A DNA stretch of 48,209 nucleotides from IMG/VR virus record IMGVR_UViG_3300047672_000021, positions 1-48,209 of that record. One strand, given 5' to 3'. Both the position numbers and the translations under genes were made by a program. The stretch is from a virus (Duplodnaviria; Caudoviricetes). The notes beneath the pieces were generated by a model. The model did not search any database. It saw only the letters and a program-made list of their open reading frames with translations, and was not told the origin of the DNA. Shown in pieces: positions 17,695 through 27,290 of the stretch. The stretch's first letter is position 1. Every line of letters starts with the position of its first letter.

Positions 17695-19163
17695 AAGGCT
17701 TGGCATCAGCCCTACGCACGCAAGCCGCGGTGCGTGGCATGCCGTACGTGCGCCAGGTCGCCCGCACCCGATGGCCGCGGCCGCGCTACCCACACCGGGA
17801 AGTGCTGATCTACCAGCGCAAGATCCGCTATTTTTGCCAGCAAGCCGAATACATCATCCGGCGAGACATCTTCCCGGCGCTGCCTCGATTGCTGGGCGAG
17901 GCGTCACGTGTGCCCGTGCCTACGGTGCTGCGGCGTGACGCAGCCGACGATATCGACGATGCAATCGCGAGCGCTGCCGCGGCCACCGCGCGCGCCATAC
18001 CCGATGCGGATGTCGAAGCCGCCGCCAGGCAAACGGCTGTGCGCATGTCCGAATGGCAAGCGGACGAATTAGGGCGCCAGGTGCAGAAGGTGACGAAAGT
18101 CAACCTGTACGACGGTTCCACCGGGCTCGAACAACACCTTGATTTGTTCGTGACGGACAACGTCTCGCTGATCAAATCGATCCCGGCGGATCAACTCGCA
18201 GACGTCAAGGGCGTGATCACGCGCGGAGCTCGAGCGGGCAAGCACCACACCGAAGTCGCAGCAGAAATCGCCGCGAAATTTGGTGTATCCCGCAAGCGCG
18301 CGGCGCTGATCGCCAGCGACCAAATAGGCAAGCTAAACGGCGAGCTCAACCAAATACGCCAGCAAGGCCTAGGCGTGCGTCGGTACCGGTGGTCGTCGGT
18401 ACAAGATCAACGCGTACGCGAGCGGCACAAGGTCTTGAACGGCTCGATCCAAGAATGGGCGGTGCCACCGATCGTCGACACTCAGACCATGGAACGCGGG
18501 CACCCTGGCCAGCCTATCCGGTGCCGCTGCGTGGCGATTCCGATTGTGGATGATGTCTTTGCGGATGCGGGCTTGATTGATCCTGGCGACGTCGAAACCA
18601 CGCACCCGACTGCAGGCGAGCAACCCGGTTTGCAGTCGCCGCCGCAGCGCGTGCCCAGCATACCGCCGGCCAACGTGCCGGCGCCTACGTACCGCCCACC
18701 GCCGGCACCCACGCCGCCCACGGCGCCGCCAGCAGATCCACCGGTGGGCCAGCGCGCGCCCGTGGTCGCACCGGTTACGGCAGCTTTGCAGCGCCCAGCG
18801 GCCAACGATCGGGAGCTGCAGCGGGAGATCGACGCCCGGATGAAACGGGAAGTTGACCAAGCGATCGAGCGGGTGAATAGGTTGCGAGCGGAGCGCCGGG
18901 CCCTGGCTCGCCGGCTTGCCGCGGAGCTCGACACCGCCGCAGCCGCTGCCGAATCCGCAGCCGCAGCCGATGCTTTGGCCATCGCCGAAACCCGCGCCAG
19001 TGCAGGCTACAGGCGCGCTACCCAGCAATTTGCCGCTGCCGGAGCCGCCGCAGCCACCATGCGCCGCAAAGCGACGCCCGGCGTGCGTCGCCCGCCGCCG
19101 GCACCCAAGCGGCCAAAGCAGGCTACGCGCGCGCGACGCAAGCCGGGTTTGCGTCGCTCATGA
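17691..19163 (+). CDS. Minor head / head morphogenesis protein (MuF, SPP1 gp7 family) with C-terminal extension
   Basis: RAALIASDQIGKLN, YRWSSVQDQRVRERH, HPGQPIRCRCVAIP. Confidence 0.88.
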   Translation: MKGLASALRTQAAVRGMPYVRQVARTRWPRPRYPHREVLIYQRKIRYFCQQAEYIIRRDIFPALPRLLGEASRVPVPTVLRRDAADDIDDAIASAAAATARAIPDADVEAAARQTAVRMSEWQADELGRQVQKVTKVNLYDGSTGLEQHLDLFVTDNVSLIKSIPADQLADVKGVITRGARAGKHHTEVAAEIAAKFGVSRKRAALIASDQIGKLNGELNQIRQQGLGVRRYRWSSVQDQRVRERHKVLNGSIQEWAVPPIVDTQTMERGHPGQPIRCRCVAIPIVDDVFADAGLIDPGDVETTHPTAGEQPGLQSPPQRVPSIPPANVPAPTYRPPPAPTPPTAPPADPPVGQRAPVVAPVTAALQRPAANDRELQREIDARMKREVDQAIERVNRLRAERRALARRLAAELDTAAAAAESAAAADALAIAETRASAGYRRATQQFAAAGAAAATMRRKATPGVRRPPPAPKRPKQATRARRKPGLRRS

Positions 19164-19231
19164 GCTCATGAGCACCGGAGCTCATGAGCTCCCGTGCACC
19201 GGAGCTCATGAGCTCATGAGCTCATGAGCAC
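19162..19231. repeat. GWGCWC-NN octamer array 2 (9 units)
   Basis: Nine perfect hexamers at 8-bp period; overlaps the muF TGA (19161-19163). Confidence 0.95.
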
Positions 19232-19261
19232 TTGACGGCTCGCATATGACCTGCGTATCAA
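19232..19261 (+). promoter_or_regulatory. Putative promoter of protease/capsid genes abutting array 2
   Basis: TTGACG-N18-TATCAA, GTG at 19267. Confidence 0.55.
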
Positions 19262-19266
19262 GTTGC

Positions 19267-20487
19267 GTGCCACCTGAGATCGTCAGTCGCTACGATGTGG
19301 CGACACTCGGCAACTCCGAACGTACGCCGCAGGGTTTCTTGCGTGTGCCTGCGTATCTCACGCGTGCCGGCATACTCGAGTACAAGCGCCACGACGGCAC
19401 CACCGTGCGCGAGCTCCGGCCTGCTGCGGAAGTGTTCGCGCCCAAATCGCTAGCGACACTGCGAGCGGCGCCCGTGACTGACTTGCATCCGACCGAGATG
19501 GTATCGCCCAAGAATGTCCGATCGCTGTCGATCGGGCACGTGTCGGAAGATGTGCAGCGCGCAGACGGCGATCTAGTTGCAGGCGCACTCACGCTGCAAG
19601 ACGAAACGGCGATCACGGCTGTGGAGCGTGGCGAGAGGCGCGAGTTGTCGTGCGGTTACCGGTGCCGAATCGATGCGACGCCCGGTACTTTTGAGGGCAA
19701 GCCGTACGATCAAGTGCAGCGCGACATTGTGTACAACCACGTCGCGCTAGGCCCACGCAATTGGGGGCGTGCAGGTCGTGAGATCGCGCTCCGCATCGAT
19801 TCGCAGGCCGGTGCGGATGATCCGCCGCCAGTGGCTGCAGATGCACAGTTGTTTCGATTGGATGCCGCAGACGCACTCAGCGTGGCGGCGGCCGTACCGC
19901 CACGTGTGAAAGGAATCAGCATGGACACCAAGACGATCGAAGTGGACGGCCGCAACATCGAGCTGCCGCGCGAAGCTGCAACATACATCCACGACGCGAT
20001 CGAGTCGCGCACCGATGCGCTGGGCGAAGTCGTGATCGAAAAAGAAGCTGCGGACGCCAAGGTCGTGGAGCTTACCGAGCGGGTTGCGCAGCTCGAAAAG
20101 TATATTGAGGGCGAGCAAGATCGCTTCGATGCATGGGTAGTCGAGCATTCCGCCGCCGTGGCGAGCGCTCGCAAGGTGCTGCCGAATGAGCGTTTCGACG
20201 GTAAGAGCACCGATGAGATCCAGTCTGCAGTGATCGCCAAGCTGCGACCGAAGATCGATCTAGCCAAGAAAACCACGTACGAACGCGCGGCCATCTTCGA
20301 AGCCCTCACCAGTGGCGACGACGACGGCACCGCCGGCACGCGCCACGATGCGATCGACGATTCACGGCGGACACTCGCGCCGCAGCGTGCGCCGGCAGCA
20401 GGGCCCGCGGCAGCGGCAAAGCCTTTCGTGCCTGATTGGCAGCGCTCGCTAAGCACGTCGCGGCGTCGTAGCGACGACGGCAACTGA
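19267..20487 (+). CDS. DUF2213-type prohead protease/scaffold protein
   Basis: TPQGFL..PAYLTRAGI.EY, PVTDLHP, RELSCGY, QRDIVYNHVAL...GRAG. Confidence 0.88.
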   Translation: MPPEIVSRYDVATLGNSERTPQGFLRVPAYLTRAGILEYKRHDGTTVRELRPAAEVFAPKSLATLRAAPVTDLHPTEMVSPKNVRSLSIGHVSEDVQRADGDLVAGALTLQDETAITAVERGERRELSCGYRCRIDATPGTFEGKPYDQVQRDIVYNHVALGPRNWGRAGREIALRIDSQAGADDPPPVAADAQLFRLDAADALSVAAAVPPRVKGISMDTKTIEVDGRNIELPREAATYIHDAIESRTDALGEVVIEKEAADAKVVELTERVAQLEKYIEGEQDRFDAWVVEHSAAVASARKVLPNERFDGKSTDEIQSAVIAKLRPKIDLAKKTTYERAAIFEALTSGDDDGTAGTRHDAIDDSRRTLAPQRAPAAGPAAAAKPFVPDWQRSLSTSRRRSDDGN

Positions 20488-20531
20488 CACCGCCCACCGC
20501 ATACCCGAACACATAGGAGCCACGCACAACC

Positions 20532-21020
20532 ATGCAGACTAGTTACTCAGTATTGGCGCCCGATGGCTTGCTCGGGTTGCCCGTCGAAGATTTCACCAAC
20601 TTCATAGACACCGTGATCCCCACGGCATCCGTGAAGGTTGGCAAGCTGTTGGTGGTGGATTCGACTGTCGGCAAGCCGCGCAATCAGGCGCGGTACCCAG
20701 CCGCAGCGGCGGACATCACCACGAAAGAAAAGCTGCTCGGGATCGTGCGGTGGGATCAATCGCGGGAAGGTGGTGTCGACTACCCAGCCGCGCGGCCAAC
20801 GCCCGTTGTGCGTCGTGGGCGCATCTGGGTCACTGCGGAGTCTGCAGTCACGCGGTTTACGCAGTGCTTTATCCGCTACGCGGCCGGCGCTGGTGGCACG
20901 GAGCTGGGCTCGTTTCGCGCCGATGTCGACACCGCAAGCGCCGCGGCGTGTCCGTGGGCCATGTTCATTACGGATGCCACCGCCGGTGCGTTGGCGATTG
21001 TCGAGATTTCCATTTACTGA
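20532..21020 (+). CDS. Head decoration/cement protein
   Basis: AGGAG RBS; MQTSY start and VVRRGRIWV; between protease and MCP. Confidence 0.75.
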   Translation: MQTSYSVLAPDGLLGLPVEDFTNFIDTVIPTASVKVGKLLVVDSTVGKPRNQARYPAAAADITTKEKLLGIVRWDQSREGGVDYPAARPTPVVRRGRIWVTAESAVTRFTQCFIRYAAGAGGTELGSFRADVDTASAAACPWAMFITDATAGALAIVEISIY

Positions 21021-21070
21021 TTGGCGCTAGCAGCCATCAGCTGCAGCCGCAGAAAGGCCCGCGTTTCGCC

Positions 21071-22156
21071 ATGCTATTTACCGCTCCACGTGAGATGTCG
21101 CCCTATGATCGTGCGCAGGTCCTAGGCGAGCTGCAAAAGCTGCTGCCAGGCGAAAGGCTAGACTCTGCGGCAGTCGAAAACGTCTATCGGCAGCTGATCG
21201 TGCACCGGGCGTCTGTCTACGGACAAAACCGCCTAGACGCCAACGAAACCGCGGTGCTCACGCAACAGCTCGAGTTTATGCGGGCCCGCACGGCCGATAT
21301 CGAGCGGCCAGCGTTCAAGGCGCGGATGCTGGTGCCGATCACATCGGAAGTCGATCCCGGCGCTGAAACGTGGGCTTATTCGCAGTGGGATCGCGTTGGA
21401 ATGGCCAAGATCGTGGCCAACTACGCAGACGACATCCCAAAAGTAGCGACTTTTGCGAAGAAATTCGTAAACACGGTCGAAACCATGGCGCTCGGTTATG
21501 GGTGGTCGTGGCTCGATTTGCAGCGCACGTCACGTGCTGGTGTGCCTCTGCAAACGCGGCTCGCGAACGGTGTGCGCGAGGGCTTCGAGCAAAAAATCGA
21601 AGTGATTGGTGCCATGGGGATCACCGAAACGGGCGCCACCGGGCTCTTGAATAACGCGAACGTCCCGCAGATTTCGGCTGCACCGCCTGCCACTGGCAGC
21701 AGCAGTGTGTGGGGCGGCGGCGACAAGACGGCGCAAGAGGTGTTGAACGATCTGCACTCCATGGAAGATGCGATCATCAACAATACCAAGGGCACGCGCA
21801 CGCCCAACACGTTGGTGCTGCCGCTCGCGCGCTATCGGTACATCCAAAAGACGCCCGTGTCGACGCAGGCCGGGGCGAACCCGCGCGACACGATCATGCG
21901 CGTGTTCCTCGACAAAACGCAGCTGGTGACAGACATCGAATGGTGGTCTTTCTGCGATACGGCCAACACCGGCAGCACGCCGCGCGCGATCATGTACGAT
22001 CGCAATCCGATCGTGGTGCATTTGGAGCTGCCGCTCGAGCAGCAAGAGATGCCGCCGCAAGCCAAAAATTTGTCACTCGAGATCAATTCAGTCGGACGCA
22101 TCGGCGGCGTAGCGTGGGAATACCCGCTGGGCGCTGTGTATATGAACGGCATCTGA
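21071..22156 (+). CDS. Major capsid protein (DUF2184-type)
   Basis: VGMAKIV...[36 protein letters not shown]. Confidence 0.9.
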   Translation: MLFTAPREMSPYDRAQVLGELQKLLPGERLDSAAVENVYRQLIVHRASVYGQNRLDANETAVLTQQLEFMRARTADIERPAFKARMLVPITSEVDPGAETWAYSQWDRVGMAKIVANYADDIPKVATFAKKFVNTVETMALGYGWSWLDLQRTSRAGVPLQTRLANGVREGFEQKIEVIGAMGITETGATGLLNNANVPQISAAPPATGSSSVWGGGDKTAQEVLNDLHSMEDAIINNTKGTRTPNTLVLPLARYRYIQKTPVSTQAGANPRDTIMRVFLDKTQLVTDIEWWSFCDTANTGSTPRAIMYDRNPIVVHLELPLEQQEMPPQAKNLSLEINSVGRIGGVAWEYPLGAVYMNGI

Positions 22157-22166
22157 TGGCGGCAGC

Positions 22167-22685
22167 ATGCGAGAATACACGCACGAATATGCGGCGTTTG
22201 CCGGTCTGATCGATGCCGCTGCGGAGCTCGAGCCGTTAGACACGCCCATGGAGCCACCGGCCAAGCTGGTGTTTTTGGGCAACACGTCCACGCATGTGAT
22301 CTCCATTCCGATGCACACTACGGCCATGGTGACGGCGCCTGTCACCAGCAGGCCGGCGGAGATCACCGTCGCGATATTCGACGAGACGGAAGCCGCGGCG
22401 TTCGACGCTGCGTACCGATCTGCGCCGGTGCAGGAATGGGTGCAGGCCGGAGATCTCACGGTCCGCCGCTACAAGCCCGAACCGGAGCCCGAACCGGAGC
22501 CCGAACCGGAGCCCGAGCCCGAACCGGAGCCCGAACCGGAGCCCGAACCGGAGCCCGAACCGGAGCCCGAACCGGAAGCCGATCCAACATCAACGCCCAC
22601 CGACACGACGTGCACGGAAGGATCACCGACCCATGAGACAACTCGCAGAAGCCGAGCAACCACACGCGGGCGAAACCGTAGTTAG
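22167..22685 (+). CDS. Small virion-associated protein (paralog 1) with (PE)17 tract
   Basis: Follows the MCP; similar to the next two ORFs; start uncertain. Confidence 0.65.
   Translation: MREYTHEYAAFAGLIDAAAELEPLDTPMEPPAKLVFLGNTSTHVISIPMHTTAMVTAPVTSRPAEITVAIFDETEAAAFDAAYRSAPVQEWVQAGDLTVRRYKPEPEPEPEPEPEPEPEPEPEPEPEPEPEPEPEPEADPTSTPTDTTCTEGSPTHETTRRSRATTRGRNRS
22476..22577 (+). repeat. Coding tandem repeat (CCCGAACCGGAG)n encoding 17 PE
   Basis: Directly visible 12-bp units with one 6-bp irregularity. Confidence 0.95.
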
Positions 22686-23016
22686 GCTGCGCAACAACAC
22701 GGCGCACGTGACGCACTTGAGTCTGCGTGATGGCGCCTTTCTAACCGTGGCGCCCACTGTGGGTCGCGCCATAGCGATCGCGCTCACCGCCGATGAGAAA
22801 GCCGCTTTCGACCGTGCGTGGGCAACGCCCACCGTCAAGGCGTGGGTGGCTGCTGGTGACGTGCTGATCGACACCGCAGACGACTCCGCACCGCCCAGCG
22901 TGCCCGCAGCACCGGCTGTCTATGAACCACCCACGCCCACGGCGACCGTGCCGCCCACGCCCACGCCGGCACCCGCCCCGGCCTTCCACGACGACGACGA
23001 CGACGACGACATCTGA
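22633..23016 (+). CDS. Small virion-associated protein (paralog 2), Pro-rich and poly-Asp tail
   Basis: LRNNTAHV...[21 protein letters not shown]. Confidence 0.65.
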   Translation: MRQLAEAEQPHAGETVVRLRNNTAHVTHLSLRDGAFLTVAPTVGRAIAIALTADEKAAFDRAWATPTVKAWVAAGDVLIDTADDSAPPSVPAAPAVYEPPTPTATVPPTPTPAPAPAFHDDDDDDDI

Positions 23017-23021
23017 TCGGT

Positions 23022-23075
23022 TTGCTCCGGTGCACCGGTGCTCATGAGCTCCGGTGCTCATGAGCTCATGAGCAC
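23022..23075. repeat. GWGCWC-NN octamer array 3 (6 perfect, 1 imperfect)
   Basis: Intergenic, 8-bp period. Confidence 0.95.
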
Positions 23076-23089
23076 GGAAAGACGACACC

Positions 23090-23377
23090 ATGGCAAAGCT
23101 CTCACCGCACGTTGACGGCGATCCCATTCCCGAGGGCACCACCGTGATCGGCTTCGACAACACGATCGATGTCATGCTCACGATCGGGATCCTGCGTGGC
23201 GACTACATGGCTTTTGACGCCATGTTGACCACGTTCTATGCGCTCGACCAAGATCAGCTGCAGCGCGCGCGCCAGCAGCTGCAGCAGCAGACGATCTATC
23301 AAGGATGGATCACCGCTGGGTATTTGGTCGAAGCGACCTTAGCGCCGCCGCCACCGCCGGAGGATGCGCCGCCGTGA
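23090..23377 (+). CDS. Small virion-associated protein (possible paralog 3)
   Basis: FDNTIDV...IYQGWITAGYL; coupled to the connector gene. Confidence 0.65.
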   Translation: MAKLSPHVDGDPIPEGTTVIGFDNTIDVMLTIGILRGDYMAFDAMLTTFYALDQDQLQRARQQLQQQTIYQGWITAGYLVEATLAPPPPPEDAPP

Positions 23378-23667
23378 CTGTGACTGTGGACCAAATCAGG
23401 CTCGAATTTCCGGAGTTCGCCAACACGGACGCGGCCGTGATTGGCTACAAGCTGGCCGATGCGGAGCGCATGATCGGGCCCTCCGATGCGGCAGGGCTTC
23501 GCGACGATGCCGTCAAATACCTGGCGTGTCACTTGGTGTGTCTGTCGCCGCATGGCGAGTTTGCGCGGCTGGTGGAAAGCGATTCGCCCGGCGGCGCCAC
23601 GACCACGTATGAGCGGCAATACCGGGCGATTTTGCGCGGGACGGTAATAACCGCGGTGGTGCTTTAG
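23374..23667 (+). CDS. Head-tail connector (DUF4054-type)
   Basis: IRLEFPEF, YLACHL, TTYERQY. Confidence 0.8.
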   Translation: MTVTVDQIRLEFPEFANTDAAVIGYKLADAERMIGPSDAAGLRDDAVKYLACHLVCLSPHGEFARLVESDSPGGATTTYERQYRAILRGTVITAVVL

Positions 23668-24177
23668 ATGCCGGTCACACGCTCGATCAAGGTGATTGAC
23701 CACGGCTGGACTAAAATCCGCGATGCCATCGTGGATATGAGCGGTGGCAAGTCGATCGTGCGTGTGGGCGTGCAGGGCACGGAAGCTGCGGCGAACCATC
23801 AGAACAGCCGCTTGACCGTGGCGCAAATCGCAGACGTGCAGGAATTCGGCCGCCGCATCATTCAGCCCAAGATGCGGCGCGTGATCGTGATCCCGGCCCG
23901 CTCGTTTCTGCGCGCGACGGTGGACCAATACCGCGAAGCCATCGCCCGCCGTGAAATCCTCGCCATGCAGGGCGTGGTGTATCAGGGTTGGCCGCTGTCC
24001 AAGGCGCTCGGGTTGCTCGGTGCGTACGTGGTCGGGCTTTGCCAGCAGCGCATCGCGAACCGCATCGCGCCCAAGAATTCCGACTGGACGATCGCGAAGA
24101 AAAAATCGGATGTGCCGCTAGTTCATAGCGGGCAATTGCGTGATTCGATCACCTGGAAGATCGAGGGCGCGCCGTGA
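23668..24177 (+). CDS. Neck / tail-completion (virion morphogenesis) protein
   Basis: VRVGV, QEFG, IPARSFLR, PLVHSGQLRDSIT. Confidence 0.8.
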   Translation: MPVTRSIKVIDHGWTKIRDAIVDMSGGKSIVRVGVQGTEAAANHQNSRLTVAQIADVQEFGRRIIQPKMRRVIVIPARSFLRATVDQYREAIARREILAMQGVVYQGWPLSKALGLLGAYVVGLCQQRIANRIAPKNSDWTIAKKKSDVPLVHSGQLRDSITWKIEGAP

Positions 24178-24767
24178 ACTGGCAAGCCGCGGAAAACGCG
24201 CTGACAGCGTGGGTGGCGCTCATGACTACGACGGAGCCCAGCTTGATTGCGTGGGATCGCGAGCCCGTAGGCATGCGGCTGTACAAGCAAATCGATATGC
24301 GTTTCGGCGACCACCGTGCGCGGGCCGGTATGCCAGTGCAGATCGACTACGTGGAAGATGCCACGGGCGCGCTGATACCGACCGCGATCGGACAGCGTGC
24401 GCTGACATGGGCGATCACGGTCACGACACGCGATCAGCACGCGGACACGCGCGCGTACCAAGTGCTAGACGCCCTGGCCGTGGCGCTCGAGCTCCCGTAT
24501 GCGGAGCAAGTGTTCGAATCCGTAGGGTTGAGCATGGGCGGTGTGGTTGCGCCGATTCATTCGACCTATCCGGAGTCGGAGCACCGCAACCTATGCATGG
24601 CGACGCTGGCCGTAGAGCTCGATTACGTGCTCGCGGTGAGCTCGCCCGATCCTGCCGCGGTCGTACAGCCGATCGAACACGTCGAAGTAGACGGGGAAGT
24701 TACCAACGTCACGGAAGTCATCATCGTGCCGCCCACCATGATGCCGCCGCTAGCTGCCGTACCCTAG
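24174..24767 (+). CDS. Putative neck/tail terminator protein
   Basis: Position before the sheath gene, size and GTGA coupling. Confidence 0.6.
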   Translation: MNWQAAENALTAWVALMTTTEPSLIAWDREPVGMRLYKQIDMRFGDHRARAGMPVQIDYVEDATGALIPTAIGQRALTWAITVTTRDQHADTRAYQVLDALAVALELPYAEQVFESVGLSMGGVVAPIHSTYPESEHRNLCMATLAVELDYVLAVSSPDPAAVVQPIEHVEVDGEVTNVTEVIIVPPTMMPPLAAVP

Positions 24768-24778
24768 GAGCCCACCGC

Positions 24779-26101
24779 ATGACTACTACTACAGAAGTTG
24801 TGGACATCACCGTAGACATCCGGGACGCCGCGGTGTCGCAAACCTCTTTCGGCATGCCTCTGATCGCCGCCTATCACAACTTCTGGCCGGAGACCGTGCG
24901 CACGTTTTCCGATGTCACTGAGTTGACGGTGCCGGCCATCAACGTGCCCACGACGCACCCGATCTATTTGCAGGCCCAAGCCCTCAAGGCGCAGAAGCCA
25001 TCGCCGTCGCAGTTCAAGGTGGGCAAGCGTGCCGGCATCGCCACGCAGGCGTTCACGCTCACGCCTGCGACCGTGCCGGCAGCGGGCGCAACGTACACGT
25101 TTACGATCGACAACAAGCCAATCACGGCCAGTGTGCCGGCGGCAGGCACGCTCGCGCAAGCCTGCACGGCCATCGCAGCTGCCATCACAACGGCCGCCGT
25201 GGGCGTGACGCCCACCGCTACTGCGACCGTCGTCAACTGCGTGGCGAGCGTCGCAGGCTCGCGCCATTCGTGGTCGTGCACATCGGCAAACATCTCATAC
25301 GGCGAAACGACGCCGGAGCCTACGATCACGGTGGCTGCCGACTTGAACACGATCCGCAGCGCCGATCAGAACTGGTACGGCTTGACGATCGATTCGGTCG
25401 GCAGCGCGGAGATCATCGCCGCGGCGAACTGGGCGGAGACTCAGCTGGTGCTGTTTTTCCCAACGCTCGCAGACACGGCCGTGTATGGCTCCGGCACTAC
25501 GGATGTAGGCTCGCAGCTGAAAGCGTCCAATCTGCAGCGCACGATCCCGCTGTGGCACCACCGCGCGGGCGATCAATGGGGCGATACCGGTTGGGAAGGC
25601 AAGATGTACCCCAAGACGCCGGGCTCGGCAAACTGGGCGAATCAGTCGCTTTCGCTGGTGGACACGTCGAACCTAGACGACACGCAGCGCGGCAATCTCC
25701 GCACCAAGAACGTGAATTACTACGTGCCGGTCAAGGGCGTGCCGTTCACGCTGGACGGCCGGGCGTCCGGCGGTCGGTATGCGGACATTACGATCGGCAT
25801 CGATTGGTTTACGGATTCGCTACAGTCGCGGATTGTCGGTGTGCTCGCGAACAACGACAAGGTGCCGTACACGGATCAAGGCATTCAGTTGATCCGCGGG
25901 CAAGTAGACGCGCAGATCTTGGAAGCCATCACCGCGACGATCGCCGATGGCGCGCAGCCGTGGTCGACATCGGCGCCCAAGGTCGCAGACGTCAACCCCA
26001 CGGACAAAATCGCCCGCATTCTCCGCAACGTCAAATTCCAGTTCGTTTTGCAGGGCGCGATCAACAAGGTGTTTATCCAGGGCACGGTGCTGGTTGCGTG
26101 A
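24779..26101 (+). CDS. Tail sheath protein (DUF3383-type)
   Basis: AGGAG RBS; FGMPLI, PGSANW, NVNYY, GIDWF, KVPYTDQG, LQGAINKV. Confidence 0.88.
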   Translation: MTTTTEVVDITVDIRDAAVSQTSFGMPLIAAYHNFWPETVRTFSDVTELTVPAINVPTTHPIYLQAQALKAQKPSPSQFKVGKRAGIATQAFTLTPATVPAAGATYTFTIDNKPITASVPAAGTLAQACTAIAAAITTAAVGVTPTATATVVNCVASVAGSRHSWSCTSANISYGETTPEPTITVAADLNTIRSADQNWYGLTIDSVGSAEIIAAANWAETQLVLFFPTLADTAVYGSGTTDVGSQLKASNLQRTIPLWHHRAGDQWGDTGWEGKMYPKTPGSANWANQSLSLVDTSNLDDTQRGNLRTKNVNYYVPVKGVPFTLDGRASGGRYADITIGIDWFTDSLQSRIVGVLANNDKVPYTDQGIQLIRGQVDAQILEAITATIADGAQPWSTSAPKVADVNPTDKIARILRNVKFQFVLQGAINKVFIQGTVLVA

Positions 26102-26109
26102 TGGCTGCG

Positions 26110-26177
26110 GCGCTCATGAGCTCCGGTGCACCGGTGCACCCGTGCTCATGAGCACCGGTGCTCATGAGCTCATGAGC
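26110..26177. repeat. GWGCWC-NN octamer array 4 (7 perfect, 2 imperfect)
   Basis: Fills most of the sheath-tube intergenic gap. Confidence 0.95.
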
Positions 26178-26197
26178 GGGCGTGAAAGGGTCTCGAC

Positions 26198-26641
26198 ATG
26201 GCAAACATGCGCGCGTGGAATATCAAGGATCTGGCGCTGTCGCTGAACGCAGTGCCGCTGGACGATGGCGGATACGGCGAAGATGAAGTGATGCAGCTCG
26301 AATGGGCGGAAGATCAATTCACGGCCTATGTGGGCGCGGATGGCGAGGTTTCGCGCGCTTCGACCAACAACAACCTCGCGACCGTGACCTTGACGTACGC
26401 GCAGACGGCAGCCGCAAACGATCGTCTCACGGCGATCTTGAAAGCGGACATTGCGGCGTCGAACGGTGCCGGCGCTGGCATGTTTTCCGCGCGCGACACC
26501 GCCGGCCGCATGGTCGTGTCGTCGGAACGGTCGTGGATCATGGCTTTCCCAAGCGTGACGATGGGAAAGACGATCCAAACCGTGCAGTGGAAGATCCAAC
26601 TTGCTGACGCCGCGGTCGGTACGTTTATTGGTGGTCGCTGA
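26198..26641 (+). CDS. Tail tube protein (DUF3277-type)
   Basis: VGADGEVSR, LTYAQTAAANDRL; follows the sheath gene. Confidence 0.85.
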   Translation: MANMRAWNIKDLALSLNAVPLDDGGYGEDEVMQLEWAEDQFTAYVGADGEVSRASTNNNLATVTLTYAQTAAANDRLTAILKADIAASNGAGAGMFSARDTAGRMVVSSERSWIMAFPSVTMGKTIQTVQWKIQLADAAVGTFIGGR

Positions 26642-27171
26642 TGGCGATTGAAACCCGCGAGCGCCGCATAGGCGCCACGACGTACCGCGTAACGCAGCTG
26701 CCAGCCAAGCTAGGGCGGGCAATGCTGGTGCGGTACATCCGCCTAGCAGGGCCCGGTGCGGGTGCCTTCGTGGGCGGGCTGTCGAGCTCCAAAGCGGGTA
26801 CGTTCGATGGCTCGGTGGGCGGCGGCATCGCAGAGGCGATCCACGACTTTACGACTCGCATTTCCGATGCGGAGCTCGATGCGATTTGCGACGAATTCGC
26901 GAAGTACACAATCGTCGTCAAGTCGCGCGATGTCGAGCTGCGGTTGTCCGATGTGTTCGACGATCATTTTGCGGGCCGGTACGATGAGCTCGCGCAGTGG
27001 TTGCGGTTTTGTTCGGAGGTGAATTTCGCGTCTTTTTTCGCCGTATCGAGCAGCGGAAAGCCCGGCCTGCTCAATCGAGTTATGACCATGGTGTCAGCGT
27101 GGCAATCCCAAACGGGATCGATTGGGACGTCCACCGCATCGCCGCCGCCGGGCGTTACGCCGACACCTTGA
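26641..27171 (+). CDS. Tail assembly chaperone (G-like)
   Basis: FDDHFAG...VNFASFF; between tube and tape measure. Confidence 0.8.
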   Translation: MAIETRERRIGATTYRVTQLPAKLGRAMLVRYIRLAGPGAGAFVGGLSSSKAGTFDGSVGGGIAEAIHDFTTRISDAELDAICDEFAKYTIVVKSRDVELRLSDVFDDHFAGRYDELAQWLRFCSEVNFASFFAVSSSGKPGLLNRVMTMVSAWQSQTGSIGTSTASPPPGVTPTP

Positions 27172-27290
27172 TCGCGATCGAGACGCAGTGGTCGCTTGAT
27201 GATTTGTACGCCGCGCACGACGTCCTAGACACGTATGAAGCACTAGATCGGGAGATCGCGAGACACCACGAATCGAGGCACCGCAGATGA
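27033..27290 (+). CDS. -1 frameshift extension of the tail assembly chaperone (GT-like)
   Basis: Slippery T-TTT-TTC at 27033-27039; the -1 frame (ORF 26997-27290) is open and ends overlapping the TMP start. Confidence 0.7.
   Translation, partial: FFRRIEQRKARPAQSSYDHGVSVAIPNGIDWDVHRIAAAGRYADTLIAIETQWSLDDLYAAHDVLDTYEALDREIARHHESRHRR

Noticed and set aside
20750-24778. Long N-terminal extensions of MCP (from 20750) and sheath (from 24140) in the ORF track
   Set aside because: They overlap real upstream genes. RBS-supported starts are at 21071 and 24779.
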